NCBI GenBank assembly: GCA_963793305.1
Contig: CAWBZV010000010.1
Location: forward strand, 96,001 to 160,000
DNA length: 64,000 bases
Origin: an uncultured Gemmatimonadales bacterium
GTDB lineage: Bacteria > Gemmatimonadota > Gemmatimonadetes > Gemmatimonadales > Gemmatimonadaceae
Reading direction: 5' to 3'
Position 1 is the stretch's first letter. Every line of letters begins with the position of its first letter. The notes below the pieces were generated by a model, which was given only the letters and a program-made list of their open reading frames with translations, searched no databases and had not been told where the DNA came from. Position numbers and translations under genes: made by a program. Of the stretch, positions 10,244 to 20,106 are shown in pieces.

Positions 10244-11170
10244 ATGCCCGCAGCCGAACTGCTCATCTCCACCAAGCCCGTGGCGGCCGGCCAGTTGCCG
10301 CTTGCTGACGGCGTCCTGTTGGCCACCCAAGGCGGCTCTGGCTCCGACCCGGCCGCGCGACTGGCGCATTGTTCTCCACCCGGCGCCAGGTTCCCATCGA
10401 GGCGTTGACCGTCCTCGAGCCGTTCACCTCAGAAGTTCTGGCGTACGCTCCGAGTACCTACGACCTCGACCGGCAACGTCGCGAGGGCGTGACCGAGGCC
10501 GTTCAAGCACAGCTCCGCCGCACGGCTAACGCTGAGAACGTCCCTCTGGTCATCGAGGAAGGCCTCGCGGCGGACTGCATCGCCGGCCGGGCCAAGGCGC
10601 GTGGCGCCGCGCTCATCGCAATGGGTATCGGCCGCCACGACCCCATCGATCGACTGCTGGGCGTCGAACCCGCCATCGCCGTGTTGCACCGGACGTCGGT
10701 GCCGGTTCTCGCCGCTTCCCCGGGTAGCCGGCCGGTGTTGCGCTCGATCGTCATCGCGACGGATTTCAGCCCGGCGGCACTGCGTGCGGCTCGACTCGCT
10801 TTGGTGTTCGCCGCCGATGATGTCACCGTGCACATCGTGCATGCGTGGCCGTGGATGGATCTGGGCGGTTCTGGTGCGCCGACGTGGTTCCACGTCTACG
10901 AAGCCGGCGTCCAGGCATTGGCTGACGAGAATGGTTCGCTCGCTCCCGCTCCCACCGCACGCGAAAGTCGTGACGCATCTCGGGCACGGCGAGGCCGAAA
11001 AGGTCGTCCTCGAAGTCGCGAATGCGAATTGGGCCGACTTGATCGCGCTCGGCAGTCACGGTCGCGGCCTGTTCGATCGACTGACGCTCGGCAGCGTCGC
11101 CGAAGGCGTGCTACGGAAGGCGCAGTGCTCCGTGCTGATCGCGCCGCCGACACCGACGGAGAAGGAGTAG
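10244..11170 (+). CDS. Universal stress protein broken by two frameshifts (~10365, ~10920); sequencing error or pseudogene
   Basis: Three frames join into a close paralog of 7710..8570: GVLLATQGGSGSDPAARLA, then SIVIATDFSPAA...HAWPWMDLGGS, then ADLIALGSHGRGLFDRLTLGSVAEGVLR. Confidence 0.8.
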
Positions 11171-11181
11171 AGGAGGCCACG

Positions 11182-11970
11182 ATGATCACCAACGGCCACA
11201 TTGACCCGTGCGATGGACGAGCCGGCGTGCTGATCGCGACAAACGCCGGCCCCGCCTCGGTCGTGACAATGCGAATGGGACTGGCGCTCGCCGAGCAATG
11301 GCGAGTGCCAGCCACCGTGGTGACGGTGGCGCCATCCGACGTTGTCAAAATCAAAGAACGTCTGGCGTTCCTCGCTGGCGAAGAACACGAGATCCCAGTC
11401 TACGAGATTCGCGGAGCCATCGGCCCGGCCATAGCGGCCGCCGCCGAGCAGTGGGGCGCGGCATTGGTCGTCGTCGGCTTCGGCACGGGAGATCACCGAC
11501 TGGCCACGGACATCGTGCGGCATGCGCGTCGCTCTGTGCTCGTCGTGTCGCCTTCCGAGCTGGGGTCGATCGGACGGGTGATGCTCACCGCCGATTTCGG
11601 CGGGTCGACCATCGAAGCCGATCAGTGCGCGCTCTCGCTCCTCGAGTCGGACGGGCAGGCGGAGCTCATTCACGTCACGCCCGCGCTCCAGCTCGCGCCC
11701 GATATCTATCAGGTCTGGCGCCGGACGTACGACAACGCGGTCACCGAGCTGCTCGATCAGACGCGCGCCGCGCTCCCGCATCGCCCGGGGTCGTCGATAC
11801 CGAGTCGGGTCGCGGTTGGCGACGCCGCGCGCGTGCTCCTCGACATCGCCCGTCGCGAGCGCGTCGACCTCATCGCGCTCGGCCGGCACGCGCGGCCGAA
11901 CGCGAGTCTGGGTCCCGTGCTCGAATCGGTGCTGCAGCAGGCCCCGTGTTCGGTGCTGGTGGCGCCATGA
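11182..11970 (+). CDS. Universal stress protein (tandem USP)
   Basis: AGGAGG RBS; GVLIATN, VMLTADFG and VDLIALGRH...CSVLVAP. Its stop overlaps the ppsA start (ATGA). Confidence 0.85.
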   Translation: MITNGHIDPCDGRAGVLIATNAGPASVVTMRMGLALAEQWRVPATVVTVAPSDVVKIKERLAFLAGEEHEIPVYEIRGAIGPAIAAAAEQWGAALVVVGFGTGDHRLATDIVRHARRSVLVVSPSELGSIGRVMLTADFGGSTIEADQCALSLLESDGQAELIHVTPALQLAPDIYQVWRRTYDNAVTELLDQTRAALPHRPGSSIPSRVAVGDAARVLLDIARRERVDLIALGRHARPNASLGPVLESVLQQAPCSVLVAP

Positions 11971-14331
11971 TGCGTTGGATCCGTTGGTTAGGCAACGTCG
12001 GCCTGGCCGACGTGCCGCTCGTCGGCGGCAAGAACGCGTCCTTGGGCGAGATGCGCCGCAGCTTCAGCGCGCTCGGGGTCCCGGTGCCCGATGGCTTTGC
12101 CGTTACCGCGGAGGCGTTTCGATACTTCTTGCAAGCGAACGCGTTGACCGACCGCATCGCGGCGACGCTCGCCGACCGCAATACCGCATTGGACGCGGTG
12201 AGTCGGTCTGTACGAGCCATGGTCACGGCGGGCACACTGCCGCCCGATCTCGCGGACGAAATCCGGCAGGCCTATCGTCAGTTGGGCGGCGGCGAGGTGG
12301 CAGTCCGCTCGTCAGCGACCGCGGAGGATCTCCCGGGCGCGAGCTTCGCCGGCGCCCACGAGACGTTCCTCAATGTCAGTGGCGAGCCGGACGTCCTGGA
12401 CCGGGTGCGGGCGTGCTTTGCCAGCCTCTATACCGCGCGCGCGATCCGGTATCGCGACGATATGCGTATTGACCAGCACTCGGTCAGCCTGTCCGTCGGC
12501 GTGCAGCGAATGCTGAGGAGCGACGGGGCCGTCTCCGGTGTGATGTTCACGCTCGACACCGAGACCGGGTTTCGCGATGTCGTGCAGATCGACGCGATCT
12601 ACGGCCTTGGCGAGAACATCGTGCAAGGACGCGTCGGCCCCGATGAATACTATGTCCACAAGCCCACGCTCCGAACGGGTCACCGCTCGGTCCTGTGGCG
12701 TAAAGTTGGAACGAAGGAGCAACGTCTCGTGTTCGACCGCGCGACCGGTCGGCACGACGACCAGCTGGTCACCCCGGACGATCGCGGGCGACTGTGCCTG
12801 AGCGATGACGAAGTGCTCCAGCTCGCGCGCTGGGCCCTCATTATCGAGGAGCACTATCGGACGCCAATGGACATGGAGTTCGCCAAAGATGGCCCGGACG
12901 GCGGACTGTACATCGTCCAGGCACGACCCGAGACGGTCCATAGCGCGAAGCACGGCACATCCGTCACGCTCTATGAGCTCCTGCAGCATGGACCGGTGAT
13001 GGTCGAAGGCCTGGCGGTCGGTGAGCAGGTCGCCACCGGCACCGTGCGGGTGATCGCCGACCCGGCCGAGAAGGCGACCTTCCAGACCGGCGAGATCTTG
13101 GTCACCGAAGCCACCGATCCGGACTGGGAGCCCGTCTTGAAGCGCGCGAGCGCGATCGTCACGGCACGCGGCGGACGGAACGTCACACGCGGCGATCGTC
13201 GCGCGCGAGTTGGGCATTCCCGCAGTCGTGGGCGCGGAGCACGCAATGACCGCGCTCGCTACAGGGCAACGCGTGACCGTCTCGTGCGCCGAGGGAGAGG
13301 TCGGGCGCGTGTACGACGGCGCCCTCGCCTTCCGCACGGAGGCCATCGATCCCGCCACCCTTCCGGCGACGAAGACCAAGATCCTGCTCAACGTGTCGAA
13401 CCCCGAGAATGCGTTCAAGCTCGGCCTGATGCCTTCGGATGGGGTCGGTCTCGCCCGCATGGAATTTATCTTCGCCGGTTGGGTCAAGGTCCATCCGCTC
13501 GCCTTGACGCGCTTCGATTCCCTCCCCCCGGCAACCCGCGAGCAGGTCGCCGCATTGACGGCCCGGTATCCCGACAAGCGCGAGTACTTCATCGACACGC
13601 TGTCGCAAGGCATCGCGATGCTGGCCGCGGCGTTCTGGCCGAGACCCGTGATTCTTCGGTTCTCGGACTTCAAGACAAACGAATACGCGCATCTCCTCGG
13701 CGGAGCGGGCTTCGAGACGTCGGAAGAGAATCCCATGCTCGGGTGGCGCGGCGCGAGCCGGTACTATCACCCCGACTATAAAGAAGGATTCCTGCTCGAA
13801 GTCGCCGCCGTTCGCCGCGTCCGTGAGATCGTAGGACTGACAAACCTCAAGGTCATGATCCCATTCTGCCGGACACCGGAAGAAGGCGCGAAAGTGCTCG
13901 ATGTCATGCGCGAGGGAGGTCTCGAGCGAGGGCATGACGGGCTGGAGGTCTATGTGATGGCCGAGATCCCATCGAACGTGATCCTCGCCGAGCGCTTCGC
14001 CGAGTTGTTCGACGGTTTCTCGATCGGGTCGAACGACCTGACACAGCTCGTGCTGGGTGTGGATCGGGACTCGACGCGTGTGGCGCCGCTATTCGACGAG
14101 CGCAACGAAGCCGTACGCTGGGCGTGCGCGCACCTGCTGGAAACCGCGCACGCCGCGGGCCGGCCGGTGGGTATCTGTGGACAGGCGCCATCGGACTATC
14201 CGGAATTCGCGGCATTTCTGGTCGAGCACGGCATCGACTCGATCAGCCTCAACGCCGATGCGGTCGTTCGCACACGCCGGCGCATTGCCGAGGTCGAAGA
14301 AGCATCGACCCCAGCGTTGGCGGGCGTGTGA
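11967..14331 (+). CDS. ppsA: Phosphoenolpyruvate synthase with a +1 frameshift at ~13180
   Basis: VGGKNASLGEM and AVRSSATAEDLPGASFAG. Removing one A restores the phospho-His motif GGRTSHAAIVARELG. EENPMLGWRGASRY and FSIGSNDLTQ follow. Confidence 0.93.
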
Positions 14332-15299
14332 AGCGCATTGCCATTGCCACAACCGGCGGCGACGCCCCGGGCATTAACGCGGCGATCCGCGCCGTCGTGC
14401 GCACCGCGATCGACCGCGGATGGGAAGCCTTCGGTGTGCGGCATGGATACGCCGGCCTCGTGAGCGCTGACTTCATCCCGCTGGGACCGCGCGATGTCGG
14501 CGGCATCATCCAGCTGGGCGGGACCATCCTGCACAGCAAGCGGTGGCCGGCGTTCAAGACGCCCGAAGCGCAGGATCAAGCGGTGCTGTCACTCGGTGGC
14601 CGTGATATTGATGCGTTGGTGGTGATCGGCGGCGACGGGTCGCAGGCCGGTGCGCTGGCGCTCGCCGAGCGAGGCGTACACGTCGTCGGGATCGCGTCTA
14701 CGATCGACAACGATCTCTGCGGATCAGACATCACGATTGGGGTCGACACGGCGCTCAACGTCGCCCTGGAGGCGATTGATCGGCTCAAGGTGACGGCATC
14801 GTCCCATGAGCGTGCCTTCTTGGTCGAGGTCATGGGACGGGAATGCGGATACCTCGCGCTCATGGCCGGCATCGCCGGCGGCGCCGAGTGTATCGTCCTG
14901 CCTGGCGTCGAAACCGATCCCGAGGCGATCGCGGCCGACCTGCGCTCGGCGTACTGCCGCGGCAAGGCGCACGCGATCGTCGTCGTGGCGGAAGGCGCGA
15001 CACAGAACGCGGATGCCCTGGCGCAATATTTCGACGATCATCGCGAGCGGCTCGGCTTCGAGCTGCGCGCCACCAAACTCGGCCACGTGCAACGGGGCGG
15101 TGCACCAGGCGCATTCGATCGACTATTGGCGACCCGCATGGGCGCGACGGCGACCGCACTCATCGCCGGCGGCGCCGATGGCGTGCTGGTGGGTTCGATC
15201 GCCGGCGCCATTGTCGGCACGCCACTGCGTGACGTCGTCGGCCGGGTGAAGCCCCTGGACACACAGTTGCTACGACTATCCACAGTCCTGGCGAGGTAA
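14328..15299 (+). CDS. pfkA: ATP-dependent 6-phosphofructokinase
   Basis: TGGDAPGINAA, GGDGS (ATP type), TIDND, EVMGRECG and LGHVQRGG. The GTG start overlaps the ppsA stop. Confidence 0.93.
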   Translation: MKRIAIATTGGDAPGINAAIRAVVRTAIDRGWEAFGVRHGYAGLVSADFIPLGPRDVGGIIQLGGTILHSKRWPAFKTPEAQDQAVLSLGGRDIDALVVIGGDGSQAGALALAERGVHVVGIASTIDNDLCGSDITIGVDTALNVALEAIDRLKVTASSHERAFLVEVMGRECGYLALMAGIAGGAECIVLPGVETDPEAIAADLRSAYCRGKAHAIVVVAEGATQNADALAQYFDDHRERLGFELRATKLGHVQRGGAPGAFDRLLATRMGATATALIAGGADGVLVGSIAGAIVGTPLRDVVGRVKPLDTQLLRLSTVLAR

Positions 15300-15303
15300 T
15301 ACT

Positions 15304-15981
15304 ATGACTACGTCATTCTCTACACCCAGCGGCCGTCGCGTCTACCTGCATGATCGATTCGACGCCGGTGTGGCGCTCGGCAAGAAGTTGGCTCAGTACG
15401 CGGACCGCACCGATGTCATTGTGCTCGCCCTTCCGCGGGGTGGCGTACCCGTCGCGGCGGCGGTGGCCGACGCGCTGCACGCGCCGCTCGACGTCTTCCT
15501 CGTGCGGAAGCTCGGGGTGCCGGGCCACGAAGAATTCGCGTTTGGGGCGATGGCTTCGGACGGGGCCATTGTGCTGAACCGCCAGGCCATCGACACCCTT
15601 GGGCTACGTCCGGCGCAGATCCAACAAGTCGTGCGAGAGGAGCAAGAGGAGCTGGTCCGGCGCGAGTACGCGTACCGGGATGATCGGCCATTCCCGCACA
15701 TCAAGGGCAAGACCGTCATCACCGTCGACGACGGGTTGGCGACCGGCTCGACGATGTATGCCGCGGTGATCGCGCTGGCCGAGCTGGCCCCGGCGCGCAT
15801 CGTCGTCGCCGCTCCGGTCGCGTCGCCAGAAGCGATCGAATCACTCCGATCGGTCGCCGATTCGGTCGTGGTGCTGGCAGCGCCCGACCCGTTCCTGGCC
15901 GTCGGCGCGTGGTACGAACACTTCGATCAGGTCAGCGACGACGAGGTCCGCACGCTGCTCACCGGGAGGATGGCGCCATGA
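15304..15981 (+). CDS. Phosphoribosyltransferase-like protein (Rv0571c / Rv2030c N-terminal type)
   Basis: DRFDAG, LALPRGGVPVA, VRKLGVPGHEE, VDDGLATGSTM and AVGAWYEHFDQVSDDEV. Confidence 0.9.
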   Translation: MTTSFSTPSGRRVYLHDRFDAGVALGKKLAQYADRTDVIVLALPRGGVPVAAAVADALHAPLDVFLVRKLGVPGHEEFAFGAMASDGAIVLNRQAIDTLGLRPAQIQQVVREEQEELVRREYAYRDDRPFPHIKGKTVITVDDGLATGSTMYAAVIALAELAPARIVVAAPVASPEAIESLRSVADSVVVLAAPDPFLAVGAWYEHFDQVSDDEVRTLLTGRMAP

Positions 15982-17306
15982 GCGCGACCACGGTTCGCGG
16001 CTTGGTACAGTCGGTCACCGACAGCGCCGCGGAGTTGCATGGCACCGCGGGCGACTTCGATCTCGTGCTCGATATCGTGTCCGACGCCAGCGTCGTCCTG
16101 ATCGGCGAGGCGTCGCACGGGACGCACGAGTTTTACCGGATTCGGGCCGAGATCACGAAGCGTTTGATCCGGGATCGGGGATTCGTCGCTGTGGCGGCCG
16201 AGGCCGACTGGCCCGACGCCTATCGCATCAATCGATACGTGCGGGGCACCGACGATGACGGGGACGCGACTGAGGCGCTTGGTGGATTTCGCCGATTCCC
16301 GCAATGGATGTGGCGGAACGCGGACGTGCTCGACTTCGTGGGCTGGCTGCGCCAGTACGATGATGAGCGAGCACACGCGGCGCCGGTCGGCTTTTATGGA
16401 CTCGACCTTTATAGCCTGCACGCGTCGATCGACGCGGTGCTCACCTACCTGCGCGTGGTCGACCCAGAGGCGGCCAGGCGTGCGGCGCAGCGGTACGCGT
16501 GCTTCGATCACGCAGGCTCCGAGCCGGCCGAATACGGCTACGCGGCGACGATGGGACTCACCCCTTCGTGCGAGAACGCGGTCGTGCAGCAACTGGTCGA
16601 GCTTCGACGCTCGGCCGGCGTCTACGCCTCGCGCGACGGCCGCATTGCGAAGGATGATCTCTTCTACGCGGAGCAGAACGCCCGGCTCGTCAAGAACGCC
16701 GAGGCGTACTATCGCGCGATGGTGCGCGACCACGTCGGCTCGTGGAATCTCCGCGATGGTCACATGGCCGAGACATTGGAGGTGCTACGCGGACACACGA
16801 AGGGCAAGATCGTCGTGTGGGCGCACAACTCCCACGTGGGCGACGCCAGGGCCACCGGGATGGGCGAATTGGGCGAGTTGAACATTGGACAGCTGGCGCG
16901 GCAGCGCTACGGCGACGGCGCGAGGTCGATCGGCTTCACGACGTACACCGGCACGGTGACCGCGGCCTCCGATTGGGACGCGGACGCCGAGCGGAAACGC
17001 GTGCGCCCCGCCCTGCCGGAGAGTTACGAGGCCTTGTTCCACGCGACGGGCATACCCACGTTCGCGCTGGATCTGCGTTCGGGAGCGAGCGCCGCACAGG
17101 TGCTGGAGCGGCGGCGGCTCGAGCGGGCGATCGGCGTGATCTACCGCCCCGAAACGGAGCGGCAGAGCCATTACTTCGTGGCGTCGTTACCGCGGCAGTT
17201 CGACGCCGTGCTGCACTACGACACGACGCGCGCGGTCGAACCGCTCGAGCGGACGGGGCGCTGGGAGCACGGCGAGATTCCGGAGACGTATCCTTCGGCC
17301 TTGTGA
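15978..17306 (+). CDS. Erythromycin-esterase-family protein (Rv2030c C-terminal type)
   Basis: LIGEASHGTHEFY, EADWPD, FPQWMWRN, WAHNSHVGDA and ERAIGVIYRPETERQSHY. Confidence 0.9.
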   Translation: MSATTVRGLVQSVTDSAAELHGTAGDFDLVLDIVSDASVVLIGEASHGTHEFYRIRAEITKRLIRDRGFVAVAAEADWPDAYRINRYVRGTDDDGDATEALGGFRRFPQWMWRNADVLDFVGWLRQYDDERAHAAPVGFYGLDLYSLHASIDAVLTYLRVVDPEAARRAAQRYACFDHAGSEPAEYGYAATMGLTPSCENAVVQQLVELRRSAGVYASRDGRIAKDDLFYAEQNARLVKNAEAYYRAMVRDHVGSWNLRDGHMAETLEVLRGHTKGKIVVWAHNSHVGDARATGMGELGELNIGQLARQRYGDGARSIGFTTYTGTVTAASDWDADAERKRVRPALPESYEALFHATGIPTFALDLRSGASAAQVLERRRLERAIGVIYRPETERQSHYFVASLPRQFDAVLHYDTTRAVEPLERTGRWEHGEIPETYPSAL

Positions 17307-17314
17307 CGAGGCCC

Positions 17315-18130
17315 TCACGCCACCGGCACGACGAGAACGGACGTGGTCGCGAGTCGGATGACCTTGGAGGCGACGCTGCCGAGCAGCAGTCGCTTCCACA
17401 GGCCATATCCATGGCTCCCGAGCGCGATCACATCCGCGCCGATACGTCCGGCATGATCGAGCAGCGCGGTCGCGGGTGAACCCGCCAGCTCAGCGGTGCT
17501 CCTCACCACGCCAGGAGCGAGCACCAGGTCTCGTGTCAGTCCGTCGAGTTGATCTCGGGCCGGCGGCGGCGCAACGTGGGCCAGATGCAATTCGTCGCCG
17601 GTGCGCAACCATCCGGCAACGACCTGTGCAGCGCGCAGACTGGTCGGGCTGAAATCGATTGCGGCGAGCGCCCGACGCGGTATCGCGGTGGCGTCCGGCG
17701 GAACCGCGAGCACGGGCGTGCTGGCGTCTTGCGCGAGGCGGAGGGCCGTCTCGCCGCCGAGCGCCCGCGCGGTCAGGTCATGAGGCCCGAGACCGGTGAC
17801 AATAAGGTCAGCGCCGGCGGCCCGTGCGGCCGTGACTGTCTCCCATACGATGAAGCCGGAGCGCACCGCCGGCGTCACGTTCGTGACCTGGCACCGTCTG
17901 AGTTGCTCGACAACCGCATCCAGGAGTGCCCCGCGCACCTGCTCTTCCTCGGCCGGTGTGGTGATGTACGGCCTCATCACGCCGACATCGACCATCGACG
18001 GAGGCTCGTAGATGACGAGCGCGTGAGCCGCGAGGCCCAACCGTTCCGCGAGGCGCGATCCGACGCGAATCGCGCCATCCGCCCCAATGCCCCCATGGGT
18101 GGCGATCAGAATGCCTGGCATATCGTGCAT
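17315..18130 (-). CDS. Universal stress protein (tandem USP)
   Basis: ILIATHG, LAAIDFSPTS and ADVIALGSHGYGLWKRLLLGSVA. Confidence 0.88.
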   Translation of the reverse strand: MHDMPGILIATHGGIGADGAIRVGSRLAERLGLAAHALVIYEPPSMVDVGVMRPYITTPAEEEQVRGALLDAVVEQLRRCQVTNVTPAVRSGFIVWETVTAARAAGADLIVTGLGPHDLTARALGGETALRLAQDASTPVLAVPPDATAIPRRALAAIDFSPTSLRAAQVVAGWLRTGDELHLAHVAPPPARDQLDGLTRDLVLAPGVVRSTAELAGSPATALLDHAGRIGADVIALGSHGYGLWKRLLLGSVASKVIRLATTSVLVVPVA

Positions 18131-18660
18131 GAGGATATAACCACAGGCCCTGGCCACGGCTCCCCGGTCGGGTAGCCCGGGAAATCGTGCATGATCCGGT
18201 GGACCAGCTGGCCGAGGGCGGCCGCTGAGTCGACGGGATCGTCGGGGAGGTCGGCCGTGCCGATGCCGCGCCACTCGAGACGGGTGCCGTCGCGATCGAG
18301 GATGTCGATGGTGACGGTGCCGCGCGCGGACACGATCACCTGGCGCTCCGCCCACCATCCCCACGGCTGTCCCATGAAATCCTCGACCCGATCATCGGTG
18401 TGCACGGAGGGACGCGAAGTGCCTGTGATATAGTATGCGATCGAGAGATCGGCCGTTGGGCTCGCTGCTCGATAGCCGCGCTCCTCGAGCGCTGCAGCGA
18501 TCTCGATGCGCACCGTGCGATTCACGACTGGCACGGGGAGGAAGCGGAACGTGCGATCGCGCGTAAACGTCGCGTTAGGCGTCGTGGCAGTCCGCACTGA
18601 GATGTCCGGTGCGCACGCCAATGCCATGGCCATGGCGGCGGCAACCATGAGATGTCTCAC
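18106..18660 (-). CDS. DUF4136-like lipoprotein
   Basis: Lipobox AMALAC, then TFRFLP, LEERGY, ADLSIAY and GTVTIDILD...LEWRG. Confidence 0.72.
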   Translation of the reverse strand: MRHLMVAAAMAMALACAPDISVRTATTPNATFTRDRTFRFLPVPVVNRTVRIEIAAALEERGYRAASPTADLSIAYYITGTSRPSVHTDDRVEDFMGQPWGWWAERQVIVSARGTVTIDILDRDGTRLEWRGIGTADLPDDPVDSAAALGQLVHRIMHDFPGYPTGEPWPGPVVISSCTICQAF

Positions 18661-18794
18661 CGAATCCGCCGTGGTTGCGCGTGGTGCATCACGTTGCCGA
18701 CAACCATTCCCAGCACGAGGTCGGCTGCCATGAACCTGAGTCCAACGAGAAGAATCGACATGGGCAGATGATGGTGGTGAGGCGTCGCAGGAGG

Positions 18795-18835
18795 AGTCAG
18801 CCGCACCCTCGCGTCGTGTCAGGGGATCACTGACA
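18795..18835. promoter_or_regulatory. Operator: perfect palindrome plus an upstream half-box
   Basis: TGTCAG-GGGATCA-CTGACA at 18817-18835, with AGTCAG 22 bp upstream (18795), between divergent operons. Confidence 0.8.
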
Positions 18836-18868
18836 AGTGCCGCCTGAACGCGCGCCATTGTTCAGGGC

Positions 18869-20104
18869 ATGCCAGATGTCCTCACACCGCCACGAACCGT
18901 CGTACCACCGGCACCACCAGCCACGGCGACTGAACGCCGGCCCAAGCGACCCGCCCGTAGGCGCTGGCTCGCTGTCGTCGCGCTGATTGTCGTCGTGGGC
19001 GCCGTTCTCGTATGGTGGAGTACGCATTGCACGCCCACGGTCCGCTACACGACCGTGGCGGTCACCCGGGGCGACGTCACGCGTGCCGTGACCGCGACCG
19101 GCACCGTCAATCCGGTCCTGACGATTATCGTCGGTTCGTACGTCTCCGGCGTGATCCAGCAGTTGTATTGCGATTTCAACACGCGGGTCAAGAAAGGACA
19201 GATCTGCGCCAAGATCGATCCACGCCCGTACCAAACGGCGGTCGATCAGGCCCGCGCGGATCTCGCGACCGCCAAGGCGCAGCTGATCAAGGACCGCGCG
19301 AATCTGTCGTATGCCAGCATCACGTTCGAGCGGAACGTCACGCTGCAACAGCACGATTACGTGACGCGCGACGCGCTCGACAACTCGAAAGACCTCTACG
19401 ATCAGGCCCAAGCGCAGATGGCGCTCGACTCGGCCACCATCGCCCAGCGCCAGGCCGGGCTCGAGGCCGCGCAGATCAATCTGGGCTACACCGATATCGT
19501 CTCGCCGGTCAACGGGACGGTCGTCTCCCGCAATGTCACAATGGGGCAGACCGTCGCCGCGAGCTTTCAGACGCCGACGTTATTCCTGATCGCGACCGAC
19601 CTCACGAAGATGGAGGTGGACGCGAACATCAGTGAGAGCGACATTGGCGGCACGAAGGAAGGCGACACCGCCACGTTCACTGTCGAAGCGTTCCCGGATC
19701 GCGTCTTCGCCGGTGTCGTCGCTCAGGTCCGTCAGTCTCCACAGACGGTACAGAACGTCGTGACCTACGACGTCGTGGTAACGGCGGCCAACGCCGACCT
19801 CGCCCTCAAGCCCGGCATGACCGCGACAACGCGGATCGTGACCGCCCGTCGCCGTAATGCTCCTCGAGTTCCCGATCAGGCACTGCGGTATGTGCCCGGC
19901 GGATTCCGCGCAGCGTCAACCGGGCCCGCTTCCGCCGCGCACCTTTGGGTGCTACGCCAAGGGCAACCCGTTCGCGTGAATGCCACCCTCGGTCTCGACG
20001 ACGACACGAACACGGAGATCATTGGGAGCGCGCTCGAGCCGGATGATCGGGTCATCGTGTCCGAGCAGCAGAGCGCCAAGGCGGCGCCCGGCCCGCGGCT
20101 CTGA
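18869..20104 (+). CDS. MacA-like periplasmic adaptor (efflux membrane fusion protein)
   Basis: N-terminal TM segment; ATGTVNP, VGSYVSG, IVSPVNGTVVSRNV, GQTVAASFQTPTLF and LKPGMTA. Confidence 0.9.
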   Translation: MPDVLTPPRTVVPPAPPATATERRPKRPARRRWLAVVALIVVVGAVLVWWSTHCTPTVRYTTVAVTRGDVTRAVTATGTVNPVLTIIVGSYVSGVIQQLYCDFNTRVKKGQICAKIDPRPYQTAVDQARADLATAKAQLIKDRANLSYASITFERNVTLQQHDYVTRDALDNSKDLYDQAQAQMALDSATIAQRQAGLEAAQINLGYTDIVSPVNGTVVSRNVTMGQTVAASFQTPTLFLIATDLTKMEVDANISESDIGGTKEGDTATFTVEAFPDRVFAGVVAQVRQSPQTVQNVVTYDVVVTAANADLALKPGMTATTRIVTARRRNAPRVPDQALRYVPGGFRAASTGPASAAHLWVLRQGQPVRVNATLGLDDDTNTEIIGSALEPDDRVIVSEQQSAKAAPGPRL

Positions 20105-20106
20105 CG

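Noticed and set aside
10369..11970. 533-aa multi-USP fusion ORF
   Set aside because: Artefact of the frameshift at ~10920. The upstream USP ends at 11170 and the next gene has its own RBS and ATG at 11182.
13170..13190. Programmed ribosomal frameshift in ppsA
   Set aside because: No slippery heptamer, and the same lesion occurs in unrelated genes and on both strands.
11208..13781. 857-aa ORF
   Set aside because: Off-frame read-through plus the N-terminal half of the frameshifted ppsA.
15978..17306. Macrolide resistance gene
   Set aside because: It belongs to the Rv2030c-like subgroup paired with a PRT; family membership does not imply EreA/EreB activity.
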